Part shown: positions 37,014 to 50,317 of the stretch, piece by piece
How the letters are laid out: every line of letters begins with the position of its first letter
Numbering within the stretch: the first letter of the stretch is position 1
Source of the DNA: Nageia nagi
Lineage: Eukaryota; Plantae; Pinophyta
Assembly: GCA_050084985.1 (NCBI GenBank)
Contig: JBITNC010000001.1
Coordinates: 112,282,001 to 112,346,000 of the forward strand
Direction: 5' to 3'
DNA: 64,000 nucleotides
Notes under the pieces: generated by a model
The model's input: the letters and a program-made list of their open reading frames with translations, nothing else
Told to the model about the DNA's origin: nothing
Database searches by the model: none
Position numbers and translations under genes: made by a program

Positions 37014-40000
37014 GGTATCACACGAATACCACAAACGATGATTTATTAGCAAATGTGTTCCCTCATTCCCCCATACAATTAGAATATATATAGATTAGAG
37101 GAATGAAAAATAAAAATTTCCTTCTACGGATTATTGACAAATTTATCAAATTTCAACACATTATATAGAGAAATAGTCAAAACAGACCAGACGAACATTT
37201 GCTGATCAACAAATAGAAACACCCGACACCACATGTTTCTCCTCATATTTATGTTGAAGTTATCTCCCTATAATTCATACGGAATGTATTAGGATGCAAC
37301 TTTTTATGCACATGTTTAATAGACGGCAAAATATTCCATCTCCATATATATCACACCGCTTTAGTTGTCAATAAATCCCAAAGGTCTTTAAGCATGTGTA
37401 TCTCTATAGATGGAAGTTTTTATGTTGAAGTTGTCTTCTTTATACCTCACTCTCTTGATAGATGTAATGTCAAAATATTCTTTTTAAGTTATATATATTT
37501 TTTAATTTAATAGTGATTATTTTGTATTTAATTACTTTTCTAAATAAATTATTCTTTCTATTTATATTTAATTAATGTAGGGTATTTAAGTCATCAAAAT
37601 TTATCTGGTGCATGATCACTATCTCATCTACATTTACCATAACTCGATAGGATTTTAGATATCATGCATTTGAGTGGGAGAGATTTGATCCTCAACCTCC
37701 CCTTTTTCACTCTCACCAACTCCCCTAATAACTATTGGTGGTAATCAATCATAATATACTTGATTTTAGATACCATGCATGTGATGGGGAGATATTGGAC
37801 CCTAAGTCCTCCCTTTTTCCAATTGAGAGATTGCAATGGTTTATATGTAATATTGAAAATTGGATGATGTACATTTTTTTTTACAAGCTGGTAGTAATGT
37901 ATATAAGAGAAGTGTATTAGGTTAGATGAATAATTAAATATTTATATATCTTGCTATTAGAATAAATGAAAAAATATATAAACATATATTTTAAGTTACG
38001 TTCAAAGGTAAATTCTTTTTGTATTCATTTTAATCTTATAGATAGTTAGGTTTTGCACTTCTTTTGTGGAATGAAAATGTAAAAGAGATTAATAAATAAA
38101 ATAATCAATATGACAATCATTTCATATGACAAGATTACATTTTTATTTCATTTCATTCAATAGTTTTTACACATAAAAATTTAATTTATCGATTTACACA
38201 TAAAAGATATTACCATTCAATACAAGAATTCAATTTATTTATAAAAATAATGAAGTGTTGTTATTTTAATGTCATGTGCTTTATTAATAACCATTCAATT
38301 AAATTTAAAAAAAGATTTATCTAAAATATTATGAAGTTTTAAAATATATATTGATGATGATCAAGAAGATATAAGTTACATGATGAGAAATAGTTAATAC
38401 ACACATTTAATATCACCATCCAATCTAACAAGTCTATTTCAATTAATAAAAATAAATAAGTGGTATTAATTTTATTTTTTTTCATTTGCTTTAATGATAA
38501 GCATTGAAATAAATTTTAATAAAAATTTCTATAAAACATTATGAAATTGTAAAATACATATAGATGATAATCAAGAAGATATAACTTACATAACAAGAAA
38601 TATGTTATACGTATAAAATTGATATCACCATTCAATACATCAATTCAATTTATTCATTGCAACATGTAGTTTTTTCTTCTATATAACTATAAACCAACAT
38701 AGTTTTGAATTCTAAAAATTTGAAATAAATAATGTTAAATATGTTATGAATGTATCATGTATAATATTTTTGGCAGGCATGAATACAAGATCTAAGAGCA
38801 TTTATTTGATTGGAATATTATAAGACACTTGTTTTAAGTGTTTGATATTTTTGAGCCAAGGTTGTAGGAAGATATTTTTTATTATGAAATTATATTTTAC
38901 CACAAATAAAAATGTATTATTTCATAAAATTTATATTGACCACCCCTTCCACAAAAAAACATGGAAGATAAAACTAAATTTTGCTATATTTGAAGCAAAG
39001 AATTGATGACTTTTTTTTCTCGAATCTACATCTTTGACAAGAAATAAGGCCATTATGCAATTTCGTTCTACATAATTGATATTTTTCCAAACATATAGCA
39101 TACATTTACTTATTTATAAGTTTAACCAACATAATTGGAAGCTATTTCTGGCAACATAATAGTCTAGTTTAGAAAAGCATATACTTTGTGTGTGGGAAGG
39201 AACTTCAAATAAATATATTTGTAATGAGGGTTGAGTAGAAAAATATTGGAGGACCATTGCATAGGTGGAATCAAAAAGATTTTTTACATTTTCAATTGTC
39301 TACTTGGATTGATGCCACTATTATTCCTACAATAATATATATGTTACTAATAGCTTTGATGAAGTCATCTATCTCTTTTTCATAGGATTTATGGCTCCAC
39401 AACATGAATGTACAAGACATTTTAAAATCATTTGCAATGTTTAAGTTATGTTTTTTAGATAATATATTGTATATGGGAAACAAATACATGATTTTAATAT
39501 TTTTAATTCATTTCAACATATTAATAGCTTCTGCTTACTAGTAAGCCATGAAAACTTTTAGAACAACATGACATATAGTTTCAATTTAAATAGTTAGAGA
39601 AAAATATCATACATTCAAACAATAATCACTTATTCTCACATTAAAGATATCTATCACATTAAGTGTATATAATTAAAATTTATGATGATACATCTAATCA
39701 TTTACAAAGTCTAAGATATTTAGTAAATGAAAGACAATAAACTTGATTGAATGTTTGAGATACAACATAAGAGATAATAACATGTATAAAAAAACAACAA
39801 ATATAATTTTAACTAAGGGACACCATCCATGAAAAATATAATAAAATTAAAAACTAAAAATTAAAAATTATGTACATAAAATATGACAAATGATCATTTG
39901 GTATGAGTAGATTAGATGGAAATTCTAAGTGAATTTGACACTAAAAAATAACCTTTACACATAAAAGATACCCTCACCTATTACCCTTCACATAAAAGAT

Positions 40001-43000
40001 ACTTTTCCATATTCCTAAAAACAAAATGAGGCCCCTCCTCTCCACCTAAAAATTACTATTTCAACTTTTCAAGTGTTGCAGATATGCCTCCCTGCCCTTT
40101 TGAGATCTCCTAAGCACCAAGGGATGTGAAGATGTAGAGGTACAATACCTCTTTCCCCAAGACATTTGTGTTCGGTTCTTTTAAAATTGCTACTATCGAT
40201 TTTCATGTTATCAAAAATCAAATTAATTTTGAAATTCAAAATTTACTACTATCTCTTAAGTTTGAAATATTATTCATGGCAAGAAGATTTAAAATAATAT
40301 CTCATATCTTTCACATTTATTTTATTATATGATTTATATTTATCTTGTAATATCTCCTTTTTAACTAATGGTTTATCTTGGTAGGCCTAGCAAAGATAGG
40401 CATAATCACTTATCAAGAAAGCTACATAATCTACACACCTATGTATCTCTTAATGAAAGTGGCCTTTTATTCTTCAAAAAATATTCTCACTATGAGGTAT
40501 TGCTTAAATTGGAAGAATGTTAAAGGCCTATAACATCGTGAAAATTTTAATGTCCATTATTGGGCATTACTTTACTCTTTGAGCTCTATCTCCATTCCCA
40601 AACATCGCTTTTATTCTCGAAGCTCTATCTCCATCCCTGAGCTTTACTATTATTCTCTAGACTCTATCTCCTTGCTCTAGGACATCCTTATCTGAGACCT
40701 AATTTCCAACATTTGGGAATTTTTACCTTCTAAGCTATGGCTATTAATAGCGCTTACTATTTTTGGTCGATGATATCATCATTTCAAGCCTCAAACCCCA
40801 TGTCTTCTTACAATCCCTTTTTGTTCATATATAACAACATTTCCATTGCTTTGAAACTTGGATTAACATTATAGAAAATGATTTTTGAGAGATTTCTACC
40901 ATGGAATTAAATGTTCAATCTCCAACATTAATTTTTGAACATCGACATTAATTTGTGTATAAGAATGGTTGAAAATTAGTAAACCTTTTGCAACCTTTTA
41001 ATGGTTGTACAGACATAAAGAGGGCATGGGCTTCCTCTACCTACTACAAAAAGGAAAAATAAATACATGCATGAATCCCATGCTACATTTAATTTTATTT
41101 TTGACCAAGCTCCATGCATATAATATTTTATCTTAGGGTAAATATAGATAGCCTATGCATAAAGAAGAAGTAGAACAAGAGACGTGTATGTGTTTCTATT
41201 TAGCTCTTAAAGAGCCTTGAATTATTTTTTACTTCTTTGCAATACAAAAAATATTTTGGTCTTTAATTTTTCTCACTATTTATTCTTCCTATGATTAGCC
41301 TTACTATATTTTGGCTACACTTTATTATTTAATTTTCTTCAAAATATTCTATTGGTATTAGAGCAAGAGATTTAAATGGATTCAAAGCTAGCAAATTCAT
41401 TACAGTTGCATATTCCCATTTTCAATGGAGACCATTATGAATACTAGAGCATCTAGATAAGGACATTTCTTATCTCTCAACACTTACGAACATTTTCTTC
41501 CTAGGCTCAACTTGGATGAAGTCACCCTTGCAACTGTGATTGCAAATGAGAAGAAAGAAGTGTTAGAGAACCACAAGAAGGATATCAAGGCATTATTTAC
41601 CATCCAGTATGGGATAAATGTATCCAAATTCTCTAAAATTATAGGGTGTAAGACTTCTAAAGAGGCATAGGAGATCTAGGAGACCGCATAGAGAGGATCA
41701 ACCAAGGTTCAAGTGGCAAAGCTCTAGTTGTTAAGGAAGGAATTCAAATCTCTCCATATGAGAGGAGAAGAGAATATACATGTCTTCTTTTCCAAGATCC
41801 AAGATCTTGTAAATTCCCTCTATTCATACGATGAAGAGATACGAGATACCAAAATCATGGAAAAGGTGCTCTATAGCTTACTCAAAAGGTTTGATCCCAT
41901 TAACATTATCTTTGAAAAAGTAAAGGATCTATCCCAACTTATGCTTGTAGAGTTGCAAGGTAGTCGAACTACCTACGAATATAAAATCAATGATTGAGTT
42001 GAGTCTTTAGACCAATATTTCTAAGGATAGTTGAAAATGAAGGGCCAAGAGCCCTCTTCATCAACTCCTATTTTCTCTTCTTCATCCTCTCATGGAAGAG
42101 GTGGATTATCGCATGGAAGAAGTAGTAGCAGAGTTTGAGGTAGAGGAAGAAGAGGTTGTGGAAGAGGCAATTCTAAGGGAAATTCATAATATGATACCCC
42201 AAGATGTTATGAATTTTATAGCAAAAATGCTTACATAGAATTGCATTGCTAGAAGAAGAATCCCAAGGTCAAAGCTAATGATATTGAAGATCATGTTGAG
42301 AGCAACATTTTCCTTACCTGTAGTAAGTTCTAAGCTAAAAACGAAGATGTATGGTGCATGGATAGTGGATGCTCTAACCACATGACTAGAAATAAAGCCT
42401 TATTTCTTAAGATTGATACCAATATCATATGGTAGGTTAGGTTTGGTGATAACAAAAGTGCCAACATCCATAGTAGAGGGATTATTGCCTTTAAGTATAA
42501 AGTTGTTAAGATATTTTATATGCATAGCACTCTCTTTATTCCTAGCCTTAAGCATAATTTGTTAAGTATTAGTTAGCTTAGTATAAAAGGATATATAACC
42601 ACCTTCAAAAGGAAAGGGTGCACCATAGTAAATGAGGCTACTAACCAACTTATATCCACCATCCATATGATCAAAAATAGGATGTATATTCTTAGGATGA
42701 CATCTACAACAAGTTGTTTAAAAGCATATATTGATTCTACCTAGTTATGGCATAGGATATTTGGTTATTTAAATTTTCACTTATTACATGGTCTACAAAA
42801 GTTGGTAAGAGGTCTTCCTACCATCTCCTATACACCCAGTGAGGTTTGTGAAAGTTGCATCATAGGAAAGCAACACAAAGTGAAGTTTCCAAAGTACCAA
42901 TATAGGGCCAAGTACCCTCTTCAGCTAGTGCATGCAAACCTATGTGGACCGATGTAGACTCCTAGCCAAGGTAGTAAGTCAAAATATATGCTTATCTATA

Positions 43001-45076
43001 CTTATGACTTTTCTAGGATGAGCTAACTTTATCTACTCCAAAGTAAGTTTGACTCTTTTGAGGGTTCTATTAAATTTAAATCTCTTGTTGAAAAATAGTT
43101 TGGCTATTTTATTAAAAAGTTTAGAATTGATAGAGGAGGAGAATTCATTTCTAATGAATTTAATAACTTCTTCCATCAGCATGGCAGTGTTAGGAAATAT
43201 ACAACTACCTACACTCCATAGTAGAATGGAGTGGTTGAAAGGAAAAATCAAATAGTTGTTAAGATGAATAGATGCATGATGAAAGAAAATGTACTTCCCA
43301 CTAGTTTTTGGGGTGAAGTAGTGCATACCACTATTTATATTCTAAATAGGTATTCCACTCAAATTCAAAAGGATACCATACCTTATGAAGCTTGGTTTGG
43401 TGTACAACCAAATATTTTTCATCTTTGGATATTTCGCTCAACTTATTTTATGTATATACCAAAAGAAAATATGAAGAGACTTGATGAGAATTCCATTAAA
43501 TACATTTTAGTAGGATACTTTGAAGCATCTAAGGCTTCCAAGTGTTATAATCCACTAAGTGGCAAGGTTCACATCAGTAGAGATGTAATTTTTGAAGAAG
43601 GGGGCCTAAATAATCAAGAAAATGGTGCTAAAGACACCACTATTGAACTTCAACTTGATGAAGATTGTGAACCCTATCACATTACTACACCTCTTACTCC
43701 TCAACCTCTATCACCATCTTCACCAGCCACCAACTTACCAAAGTAGGCACAACCAAACCAATCTCTTATTGTTCATACTCCATGAGTCAAAAATAAGTGG
43801 ACAATTGACCACTATCATCCTCCATCATTGATGTTAGATAAATACCTTAATAAAAGAATGACATGATCACAAGCTAGAGCTAGATATCAAGAGGTAAATA
43901 TCTCTTATGCATTAATATCTTCATTTACTAAGCCTTCATCATATAATGAAGCTACAACCAATGAGGATTGGAAGAAATCCATAGAGGATGAAATTGACCA
44001 AATCCAAAAGAATGACACCTAAAAGCTTGTACCTACTCCCAAAGAGAAGAAGGTAATTGGTTCCAAGTGGATTATAAATTGAATCATAATTTTGATGAGA
44101 GTATTGCAAAGCATAAAGCTCATCTAGTTGCTAAAGGATATGCTCAAAAGGAAGGGATAGATTATGATGAGACTTTTACCCTAGTTTCTCAACTAGAAAC
44201 TTTGAGATCATTGCTTTCCCTTGTTTCTCATTTTGATTTGACATTCTATCATATGGATGTCAAATCCACTTTCCTTAATGTTTATTTAAAGGATGTTATT
44301 TATTTTAAGCATCTTGAAGGATTTATTATTCCTAATCAAGAAGATAAGGTGTATAAACTTAGAAGGCTCTCTATGGACTTAAATAAGCACCCCAACCATG
44401 GTACACCAAGATTGATGGTTATATTTGAAAAAATAGTTATCAGAGATGCTTAGTGGAAAGCACATTGTACATAAAATTTAAATGTAGTAACTTCTTTGTT
44501 CTATGCTTGTATGTTGATAATATCATTTTTACTAGCATCTCTAATACTATGATAGACCAATTTAAAGATTCTATGATCACTGAATTTGAGATGAGTGATC
44601 TTGGAGAGATGAATTATTTTCTTGGTATACAAGTTGAGTAATCTTCTAGTGGAATTTTGATCACTCAATGACAAATTAAAACCCCATTGATACACTAGCT
44701 ATTTTCGAATCAAAGTTGTTGAAGGAGGACTCCTTTCCACATGTTGATGCAACTATGTACTAATCCTTAATAAATAGTCTTATGTATCTCACTACTACTA
44801 GGATAGATATCATTTTTGCTATCTGTAGAATAACTTCATTCATTCATTCATCATATCAAATATATTAGCATGCAGCCAAGTAGATCCTATGTTATGTGAG
44901 AGGCACATGTCATTATGGGATCTGGTATAAATCCTCATACCAAAAAATTTATAGGCCTATAAAAATGCTGATTGGGCTAGACGTCTTAATGACTAAAGAC
45001 TACATTAGGGTATGGATTCTTCTTTAGAGAATCTTTAGTCTCGTGGAGCAGTAAGAACTAATCCATTGTTGCACTT

Positions 45077-46058
45077 AGGTAAGTGCAAGAAGATGAGTCT
45101 CACTTTGGAGGAAGTCTTATGAATTACTAGGTTTTTGTATTTGTTTAATAACTTTTTATTTTTTTAGAATTATGAAAAAAAAATATATGTGCACAATTTG
45201 CATCCAATTCTTCACAAGTTAAATAAAAAATAAATTAAAAGTGATAAGTTTTATTCAAATTATGCTTGTTAGAGATAAGCATTTCTTGAAATGATAATCA
45301 TAACCAATAAAAAATTAATAAAAAATAAACTATTCATGAAAAAAATATAAAAACTATCCTCCATAGTCTTTAGTGTCTTAGGTATCTTTAACCATAAGGA
45401 TTTAAAAACTATTTGAGATTTGGTCCAATTATGATTGATAGACATAATGGTTGTGGTCCTGAAATTGTATTTTTTAAACAATGGGTTTTGTATTTGTTTA
45501 ATAATTTTTTTTTATTTCTTTGTAATTATGAAAAAAATAATATATGTGTACAATTTGCATACAACTCTTCATAAGATAAACAAAATAAATAAAATAATGA
45601 TAATTTTAGGTCAAATTATGCTTGTTGAATATGAGCAATTTTTTAAACGATAGTCACATTCAATAAAAAAATAAATATTCATAAAAAAATTAAAAATATG
45701 CTCCATAATCTTTAGTAGCTTAGGTATCTTTACCCAAAAGGATTTTGAAATATATTTTAATTTAGATCCAATTGTGCTTAGTGAACAAAATGGTGGTATG
45801 GTCTTGAAACTATATTTTTTAAACAGTGGCTTTTAAACATGCCTACCAAATATTAATTTTTATCATCCAAGTATTAGAATAAACTACATATTTGAAAACT
45901 AGACTTTGAAAACTACATTTCTACTCATGTGACCTTTTTTCAATAATTAGACTCTCAGTACTTCAAATTTTGAGATCAAGTATGAGCAAACCTAAAAATC
46001 AGGTAAAACACTTCTACATTTTGGTTTAAAAGTCAAACTCATCTTCTTGCACTTACCC
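45077..46058. mobile_element. MITE nested in the copia RNase H region; 21-bp perfect TIR, 4-bp TSD (ACTT)
   Basis: ACTT|AGGTAAGTGCAAGAAGATGAGT ... ACTCATCTTCTTGCACTTACCC|ACTT. Absent from copia copy 1 near 11695. Contains a ~353-bp tandem duplication at 45131-45832. Confidence 0.92.
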
Positions 46059-46571
46059 ACTTTCATCAGCTAAATCTAAGTATCTTACTGCATCTATCAT
46101 TTATACATAAGCCATTTGGATTGGTAATTTGTTTAAATATTTGGCCATGAATATCGAGATCCTAATTTTAGTGCACTATGATAATGTTAGCATGATTACC
46201 ATGATTAAGAACCTTGTGTTTCATATAGGATAAAGCACATTGATATACGCCATTGTTTTATGAGAGATCTAGTTGAATATGGCTTTATCCAATTTCACCA
46301 CTATCCTACTGATGCTTAAATTGTAGACATCTTTATAGAGCCATTGCCCAAGTATCATTTTTTCTACCTTTAGAGCCAACTTGGAGTCCAAACCTTACAC
46401 ATTTAGGTGGAAATTATTGGCAAACCTTAATAACAACAAGGTACTAGTTAGACTCTATATATATTGCATATATCTTTTACTTTCTTTTTTTTGTATTTGT
46501 ATTTTTGGCCAATAGAGAAAATGATCTCCTTTTATCATTGAGATTAAGGGGATGATTGAAAATGTTAATCT

Positions 46572-46690
46572 CTATTCCTAAGCATTACTATTATTCTTCA
46601 GGATCTATCACCATTCCTATGCATCACTTTTATTCTTTAGGCTCTAGCTCCATTCCTAGGAGTTACTATTATTCTCTAGGATCTATCTCC
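46572..46690. repeat. Three 39-bp tandem repeats at the 5' end (U3) of the copia LTR
   Basis: CCATTCCTA...TATTCT..AGG.TCTA.C units start at 46572, 46611 and 46650; also near 40554-40675 and 12206-12325. Confidence 0.8.
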
Positions 46691-48689
46691 TCACTCTGAT
46701 ACTTCCTTATGCAAAACCTAATTTCTAACATATGAGTATTCATTTTCAAAAATTTGTTGCACCTAAGATTTACTACATCTAGGAATTTCTACATTCTAAG
46801 ATTTGGCTATTCATAGCAACTGCTATTTAGGGTGGATGACATCATCATTTCAAGCACTAGACCTACTATTTAGTGTGGATGACTTTAGAACTTGGATTAA
46901 CATTATGAAAAAATCTTTATAAGAGATTTCTATTTTGAAATTAAATGCTCAATCTCCAACACTAATTTTTGAATTTTGGAATTTAATTTTTTTGTAAGAA
47001 TGGTTGAAAATTAATCAACCTTCTACAACCATTTAATATTTTTCATACATTGTGCAAACATAAAGGGCATGAAAGGGTATGGGCTTTCTCTACTTTATAC
47101 AAAACAAAAAATTAAATACATGTATGGAGCCCATGCTACATTTAATTTTATTTTTGACCAAGTTTCATACATATAATATTTTATCTTATTATAAATATAA
47201 ATACCCTATGCATAAAGAAGAAGTAGAATAAGAGACATGGATGTTTTGTTATTTAGCTCCAAGAGAGCCTTGAATTATTTTTTGCTTCTCTAGAATAAAA
47301 AATATTATGGTCTCTAATTTTTCTCAATATTTTTTTTGCCTATATTAAACCTAACTGTATTTTGGCTATATAATGTTATTTATTTTTCTTCAAAATCTTC
47401 ATGTCATGCATGTTGGTCATCAACTAATTTAGGAGGTGCATGAATCTCTTTCTCATTTCAAAAATAAATGAAATAACCTAGTGATATGTGATCCACCCAC
47501 CCATTGTGAAAACATTGGTGCCTTATGTTGTGCTACCTTCTATTGCTTCATGCTTGCACTTGATAAATATTGCATTAATTTATCACTACAAAATATTAAA
47601 CAAACCATGGTAATTCATCATCACCTTACAAGACTCACTAGTGTTGATAAGGAATGAGTTTGATAATGGCTTGACATTCAACCAAGTACCTTTCCTTTGA
47701 TATGATTCAAAGCCCACCCTTATTATATTGGTGAAAGATAGTACTTCTAGGCATCCAAACCAAGGCTTGCAAGAATGATTTTGGTGATAGTTTGTATGAG
47801 ATCTTTCCAAAAAAACATGCACATATGAATTGTTTTACTAGATTAGGATAGGAGCAATGAATTATGTTTAAGCTTGTAGGATTAGAATATGTATATAAGC
47901 ATAAGGAGACACCATACTATAAAAATGGATTTTCATCTTGTGACCATATTTTATGAGATGTTTGAAGGACTAAATCAGAATGACATGGGTTGGGGAAGGG
48001 GAACATCTCCCAAGAGAGAGAGAGATCAACTTCAAGACAAAAATCAAGTAAAGTCTGCATAGAGAAAGGCATGGTGAAGGATATTTTATAGGAAGATTAA
48101 TTTCTCATTTAGGATATCATCCTAATAAGTTTTGATTATAACAAATGAATCAAGTAATCAAGTAACAAAAGTGTTGATAATCAATTTTTCATGTTGATTT
48201 AGAGTGATTTAATGAGACTTTAGGATATCATTATCTATTGTTTATTAAGTTTCCTATTATGTTTGGAATAAAATTTGTTTTGTTATTAAACATTATTTTT
48301 GTAATAAATATTAATATATGAATTTATACCATATTAAATATAAATATTGTAGATAATTAAGAAGCTCTAAATATTAATGGTGGAGTGTTCACAAATGGAA
48401 TTAATTTAGGTAAATTTATAGTGTAATTTTCAACATGTATTTAATTTTTGAATATGTAAGTTATATATTTATTTTTTATAATTTTATATTAAAAATTATT
48501 TTACTTATTGTATTTAATATTTTTTGAATTTCTAAACATCACATTTAATGTAACAATTTTTTGTACGGAGTTCAACCTTAAGGTAAATTATTATAGAAAC
48601 TTCCTTATGATCATCAATGAGGTAAAGTTTAATATTTTCTTTAAGATAATTGTAATTGAGATGTACTTGAAATGTAGCCAAATCATAAT

Positions 48690-50090
48690 AATCAAGAATG
48701 TTGCTAGGCTTACCATTCTCAAGGAGATTTTGGATAATTTATGGGATAAGTAAAGGAATAGTTTTATCGGATGCTTCATTTCACTAATGTCATAGTTAGA
48801 TCATATTCATCACTAAATTAGTAAACATTGCAAAGTATCTCGATAAGTTGATATGGTTGCTTTACCTCATGAATTTTTAGTCTTTATTTGCATAAATGCA
48901 TAAGACATGAACAAGATTATGAAGTTGGGCCCTTCATTTCTAGCTCAAAAGGTGCCACTTTTAAAATTTTATCACACTAGTTTCTATCTTGAGAAGGATA
49001 ACATTTATGTTGTTCTTGTATGGTTCAATTTACCTAATTTACCATCATGTTATTTGGATATGAGTATGATCATTCAAATTACTAATATAGTAGGATTATT
49101 GTTCTCAATTTTAAAAAATTCACTATAACTAAGAATAGAATGAAGGAAGCTGAGTTTTATGTTAACACTTAAATTACAAAGGATTTAAGGTAAAATATCT
49201 ATGTTGAGGAGGATGATGGAGAAACTTGAGAACAAGAAATAGTTTATGAATATATGCCTATTAGTTATAACATATGTAGAAAATTTGATTATTATGTCAA
49301 GTAATGTTTAGATAAGAAGGAGAAAGAGAATATGGAAGTCCCTAAGTCATAAAAGCATGAAATACCCATTTACAAAGGAATCAATGATTCTAGAGAAATG
49401 ATTAATTTGAGGCAAAGACAAGTGGAGGAAATTTTAGAAGTTTGACCACTTATGAAACTAGGAAACTATTTCATTCTTTGAATCCAAAGGAAGGTATTAA
49501 AATAGCTAAAATTATAGAGTAAGAGAGTTTCCATTGGAAATTATGAATAAAATAACAATAATTAGTGATGAGAAAATGGAGGAAGCCAAAAGTAGGAAGT
49601 GACAAAGAAGTGAAGTAGAAAAATACAAAAAATAAGGAGATAGATCATGAAGAGGTGATGAAGAAATAGGAAAATATCAACAAATGGAGGTTGATGATGG
49701 AAAGACACCTCCCTAAGGAAGAAATTTTGATAATACAATGAGAAAGGCATAAGATATAGGAAAAGGACATATGGGGAGGATGTCAAATTATGATTAAAGG
49801 ATATATAATATAATTGATAATATTACCAATAAGACATAATGCACTCTAGAATAGAGTAGTTGTTGTAAGGTCCCATATGGTATGTAATGATTATTTTTAG
49901 TTAGAATATATGAGGATGTAATACCCAAAATAGGTAGAGGATCATCAAGTACATATAAAGGGAAGTTTGTATAGATTTGCTATTTATATAGGAGATAAAG
50001 ATGAAGAAGGATAAGGTGGTAGAAATGGAAAAGAAAGTTTAAAGGAGAGTATATTTTTTCTAGGTAGATAAGATTCCCTATCAAGGGATC
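48690..50090 (+). mobile_element. L1 ORF1 remnant (unit copy)
   Basis: ORF 48907-49128 GPSFLAQKVPLLKFYHTSFYLEKDNIYVVLVWFNLPNLP; collinear with 33510-34830. Confidence 0.7.
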
Positions 50091-50171
50091 TATTTGGATT
50101 ATGAAACCCAACTACTATAAAAGGTACTCCCTATCCAAATACATCTATTAGATATCTTCATTCATATAGTA

Positions 50172-50317
50172 GGGTAAGTGCAAGAAGAGGCATCCATGAA
50201 ATGGCCAAAAAGTGGATTTATTTTCCTTGATTTTTAGGTTTGGTCATAATTGATCTCAACTTTTGAAGCCCTTAGAGTTGGAATCTTGAAAAATGCCACT
50301 AGGATAAAAATGTCACT
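50172..50317. mobile_element. Single end of the GGGTAAGTGCAAGAAG MITE family at a deletion junction
   Basis: Starts GGGTAAGTGCAAGAAG; reverse-complement match to 45920-46058; then joins sequence homologous to 6038 onward. Confidence 0.75.

Larger units (their letters stand above)
40539..47401 (+). mobile_element. Decayed full-length Ty1/copia LTR retrotransposon, copy 2
   Basis: 5' LTR 40539-41350, PBS TGGTATTAGAGC 41353-41364, gag ATG 41376. Motifs: WCMDSGCSNHM, RGGEF, NGVVERKN, LYVDNI, RNase H. PPT, then 3' LTR 46557-47401. Decayed 5-bp TSD CATCG/TGTCA. Confidence 0.96.
40431..48072 (-). pseudogene. Type-B DOXC dioxygenase pseudogene, copy B3, split in exon 3 by a copia element
   Basis: Stop at 40431, 3' part 40431-40538, remainder 47402-48072 with ATG at 48072; same two internal deletions as B2. 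Confidence 0.88.

Noticed and set aside
43231-44641. Longer copia ORFs as expressed genes
   Set aside because: They are residual open stretches of a pol riddled with stops and frameshifts.
45075-46060. PIF/Harbinger (Tourist) assignment from GGG...CCC ends and a left TTA
   Set aside because: The right flank has no TTA/TAA, and both complete copies give 4-bp duplications.
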